Of a stretch of DNA of 1,081 nt, positions 1 to 1,081 are shown one piece after another; the stretch's first letter is position 1, and each line of letters starts with the position of its first letter. Below the pieces are notes generated by a model. That model did not search any database, was not told where the DNA came from, and was given only the letters and a program-made list of their open reading frames with translations. Source of the DNA: Naegleria gruberi (taxonomy: Eukaryota); NCBI GenBank assembly GCA_000004985.1, contig GG739574.1. One strand, given 5' to 3'. A program made the translations under genes and the position numbers.

Positions 1-535
1 TAATGCTCTACCAATTGAATCAATTCAGTTAAAAAAGCTTCTTGATATTTTTTTAATTGAATTGAATTATTTAACATTGTTTTTAATTGTTTTGATATTT
101 GATTAACATATTCTCTTTCTTTATCATGACTATTATATTTAAATTTTAATTTTTTAAAATTAAATAAAAATCCACCACCACTACTACTACTTCCACTACT
201 ACTACTATTAGATTTTTCATTTGTATTATTATTAGTTGTATTATTATTTAAATTATTTAATAAATTTGGATCAATAATTGAATATTGTGTTTTCATTGTA
301 TTATTAAATTCTTCTTCGCTACCTGAAATAAAATCCCAAAATAAATAACTTTTACATAAAATAGGATGTCTAGCACAAAATGATAAAAATAAAGAAAGAT
401 ATTTTCCTTTTAATATTTTAGGATCTGTACTTGTTTGTTCATATAATTTATCTATATTTGTTGTTAATAAATCTTTAGGTGGTATTAAACATCCAATACA
501 ATCTATTTTTAAATTTTCATATAACCATTCAAAAT
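1..535 (-). CDS. Downstream exon, partial at the window edge, of the same PX-domain protein. It encodes (D)FEWLYENLKIDCIGCLIPPKDLLTTNIDKLYEQTSTDPKILKGKYLSLFLSFCARHPILCKSYLFWDFISGSEEEFNNTMKTQYSIIDPNLLNNLNNNTTNNNTNEKSNSSSSGSSSSSGGGFLFNFKKLKFKYNSHDKKEREYVNQISKQLKTMLNNSIQLKKYQEAFLTELIQLVEH, followed by a partial codon TA-.
   Basis: The open frame is continuous from 533 down to base 1, about 178 codons, with no stop. The other two minus-strand frames terminate immediately (TTT TGA at 534-529; ATT TTG ... TAA at 535-509). The codon bias matches exon A. The frame phase agrees with the exon A / intron junction. The final partial codon is 'TA', so a stop (TAA/TAG) or a Tyr codon lies just outside the window. 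Confidence 0.85.
172..207 (-). repeat. Coding trinucleotide microsatellite. The plus strand reads (CCA)3(CTA)3...(CTA)4, which is (TGG)/(AGT)n on the coding strand and encodes SSSSGSSSSSGGG.
   Basis: The run 'ccaccaccactactactacttccactactactacta' is directly visible. It lies in frame within exon B, inside the N/T/S/G low-complexity linker that follows the PX domain. Confidence 0.8.
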
Positions 536-651
536 CTATTATTATTATTATATGATTATTATATTATTATATTTAAATTATAATATTATAAAATATAATT
601 ATTATTTTAAATTAAAATTAAATTAAAAAATTAAAAAATTTAAAAACATAC
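536..651 (-). other. Spliceosomal intron, 116 nt, phase 1. On the minus strand it reads GTATGTTTTTAAATTTTTTAATTTTTTAATTT...CATATAATAATAATAATAG.
   Basis: On the minus strand the intron starts with a consensus donor GTATGT (plus-strand ACATAC at 646-651). It ends with the only AG dinucleotide in the whole interval (plus-strand CT at 536-537). It is about 97% A+T, versus about 75% in the flanking exons. Reading through from exon A hits TAA after 10 codons. Removing exactly 651..536 joins G(652)+AT(535-534) into GAT (Asp) and reconnects the only open frame on each side. The length and composition are typical of Dictyostelium introns. Confidence 0.8.
621..646 (-). repeat. Imperfect tandem T-rich octamer (TTTTTTAA)x3, located in the intron immediately downstream of the 5' splice site.
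   Basis: The plus strand reads 'aattaaaaaattaaaaaatttaaaaa'. On the minus strand this is GTATGT|TTTTAAATTTTTTAATTTTTTAATT. It is simple-sequence slippage typical of AT-rich introns and no function is implied. Confidence 0.4.
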
Positions 652-1081
652 CCTTCATTTTTCTACTAACAGTTAAACCAGTCTTATTAAATAAAGGATG
701 ATCCTTATAAATAGGATTATCTAATAATTGATCTTGTTCTTCATTAATATTAACAGTTGTAATTATAGTAAATAAAGGAGTACTATATATATTTAATTGA
801 TCATATATTACTTCTATATTAGTTGTTGTAAATGATGATAATTCAACAAATGGATATTTAGTTTGTGATAAATGAATACTTCCTTCTTCTTCTATTAATT
901 GTTGTTCTTGTTCTTCACCATTATTATTATTACCATTATTATTACCATTTCCATCATTATTATCATTATTATCTAATGGTTGTTGTTCTTGTTCTTGTTC
1001 ATCTTCTTGTTGGTGATCTTCTACTTGTTCTTCTACTTGTTGATTATTATTTAAAGGATCTTGATTAACTTGTTGATATTG
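652..1081 (-). CDS. Upstream exon, 5'-partial, of a PX-domain (sorting-nexin-like) protein. It encodes QYQQVNQDPLNNNQQVEEQVEDHQQEDEQEQEQQPLDNNDNNDGNGNNNGNNNNGEEQEQQLIEEEGSIHLSQTKYPFVELSSFTTTNIEVIYDQLNIYSTPLFTIITTVNINEEQDQLLDNPIYKDHPLFNKTGLTVSRKMK plus the first base (G) of a split Asp codon.
   Basis: I reverse-complemented and translated this by hand. Reading from base 1081 downward there is a continuous open frame of 143 codons, in DNA where the other frames hit TAA/TAG/TGA within a few codons. Third codon positions are strongly A/T-biased, as in Dictyostelium (TTA Leu, AAT Asn, CAA Gln, GAA Glu, GGT Gly). The frame stays open to the window edge, so the start codon lies outside the window. 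The exon ends exactly at a GTATGT donor. Confidence 0.85.
918..973 (-). repeat. Imperfect (ATT)n / (AAT)n coding microsatellite. It encodes the Asn/Asp/Gly run DNNDNNDGNGNNNGNNNNG.
   Basis: The plus strand reads 'ccattattattattaccattattattaccatttccatcattattatcattattatc'. On the coding strand this is AAT/GGT/GAT codon repeats in frame within exon A. Confidence 0.75.
981..1013 (-). repeat. Hexanucleotide (CTTGTT)n repeat, which is (CAAGAA)n on the coding strand and encodes (QE)n. A second shorter copy lies at about 899-917.
   Basis: The plus strand reads 'tgttgttcttgttcttgttcatcttcttgttgg'. It translates in frame on the minus strand as QQEDEQEQEQQ, part of the acidic Q/E-rich N-terminal low-complexity region. 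Confidence 0.7.

Larger units (their letters stand above)
312..850 (-). other. Region encoding a PX (phox homology) phosphoinositide-binding domain. It spans the intron and its boundaries are approximate.
   Basis: The translated sequence contains the hallmark PX elements in the correct order and spacing. First, alternating hydrophobic beta-strand-like segments (IEVIYDQ, PLFTIITTV, GLTVSRKMK). Second, 'SRKMKDFEWLYENL', to be compared with the canonical 'RR[YF]SDFxWLxxxL' (SNX3 has RRYSDFEWLR). Third, a proline loop 'LIPPKD', against the canonical 'IPPLPxK'. Fourth, the C-terminal helix signature 'KGKYLSLFLSFCARHPILCKSYLFWDFI', against the canonical 'RRxxLExFLxxxxxHPxLxxSxxLxxFL'. This assignment comes from memory of the PX consensus, not from a database search. 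Confidence 0.6.

Noticed and set aside
35-40. Short palindromes or restriction sites: HindIII AAGCTT at 35-40, BamHI GGATCC at 1055-1060, TGATCA at 798-803.
   Set aside because: Six-base palindromes are expected by chance at this length. They lie inside the coding frame with no flanking regulatory context.
541-650. An ultra-AT-rich (~97% A+T) block that could be taken for an intergenic, promoter or replication-origin-like region separating two genes.
   Set aside because: It is flanked precisely by a GTATGT donor and the only available AG acceptor on the minus strand. Excising it restores a single continuous reading frame with the correct phase across a conserved PX motif. Intron is the far better explanation.
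656-658. A minus-strand ATG (K-M-K) that could be taken as a translation start for the downstream exon.
   Set aside because: The same frame is open for 140 codons upstream of it, with matching codon bias, and it sits in the middle of the PX domain. It is an internal Met, not a start codon.
865-1068. The + strand ORF from the supplied track: 67 aa, MINEYFLLLLLIVVLVLHHYYYYHYYYHFHHYYHYYLMVVVLVLVHLLVGDLLLVLLLVDYYLKDLD.
   Set aside because: It lies antisense to the in-frame (CAAGAA)n/(AAT)n low-complexity coding repeats of minus-strand exon A. Its Leu/Val/His/Tyr homopolymer content is just the complement of those repeats read in another frame. The minus strand carries a far longer, stop-free, codon-biased frame spanning the whole window. 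So this is a spurious shadow ORF.
1-1081. Considered whether the window could be a bacterial or phage accessory region carrying a defence or mobile system, as the task framing suggests.
   Set aside because: The composition, spliceosomal intron, codon usage and amoebozoan-style amino-acid homopolymers are eukaryotic (dictyostelid-like). No prokaryotic gene organisation or system hallmarks are present.
1-1081. Plasmodium falciparum as the alternative source organism, since it is also about 80% AT with Asn-rich repeats.
   Set aside because: It cannot be fully excluded without a search. However, poly-Gln/Glu encoded by CAA/GAA, Ser runs encoded by AGT, frequent GGT/CCA codons and a very short ~100-nt intron favour Dictyostelium-type genomes. 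Plasmodium low-complexity regions tend to be Asn/Lys-rich. I kept this as a minority alternative rather than a finding.

Overview
The whole 1081-bp window is one internal piece of a single spliced protein-coding gene on the minus strand. I find no sign of a prokaryotic system, mobile element, CRISPR array or RNA gene.

The DNA is extremely AT-rich, at roughly 80% A+T. Its codon usage (TTA, AAT, CAA, GAA, GGT, CCA, AGT), its homopolymeric Asn/Gln/Ser codon runs and its one short intron that is almost entirely A/T are typical of a dictyostelid amoeba of the Dictyostelium discoideum type. A Plasmodium-like origin is a weaker alternative.

Gene model on the minus strand: exon A is 1081..652 and is open at the window edge. 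The intron is 651..536, 116 nt, running GTATGT...AATAG. Exon B is 535..1 and is also open at the window edge. Spliced, the two exons give about 322 codons with no stop codon.

The translated fragment has an acidic N-terminal region rich in Gln, Glu, Asn and Gly. This is followed by a PX (phox-homology) domain with a recognisable SNX3-like '...SRKMKDFEWL...LIPPKDLL...ARHPIL...LFWDFI' signature. After the PX domain comes an Asn/Thr/Ser/Gly linker, and then the start of a helical region that looks like a coiled coil and could be the start of a BAR domain. The best call is a sorting-nexin-like PX-domain protein.

The only ORF in the supplied six-frame track (+ strand 865..1068) is a spurious antisense read-through of the low-complexity repeat region.

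No unusual or undescribed 'system' is supportable from this sequence. The most interesting points are the intron inside the PX signature motif and the divergent phosphoinositide-binding residues of the PX domain.
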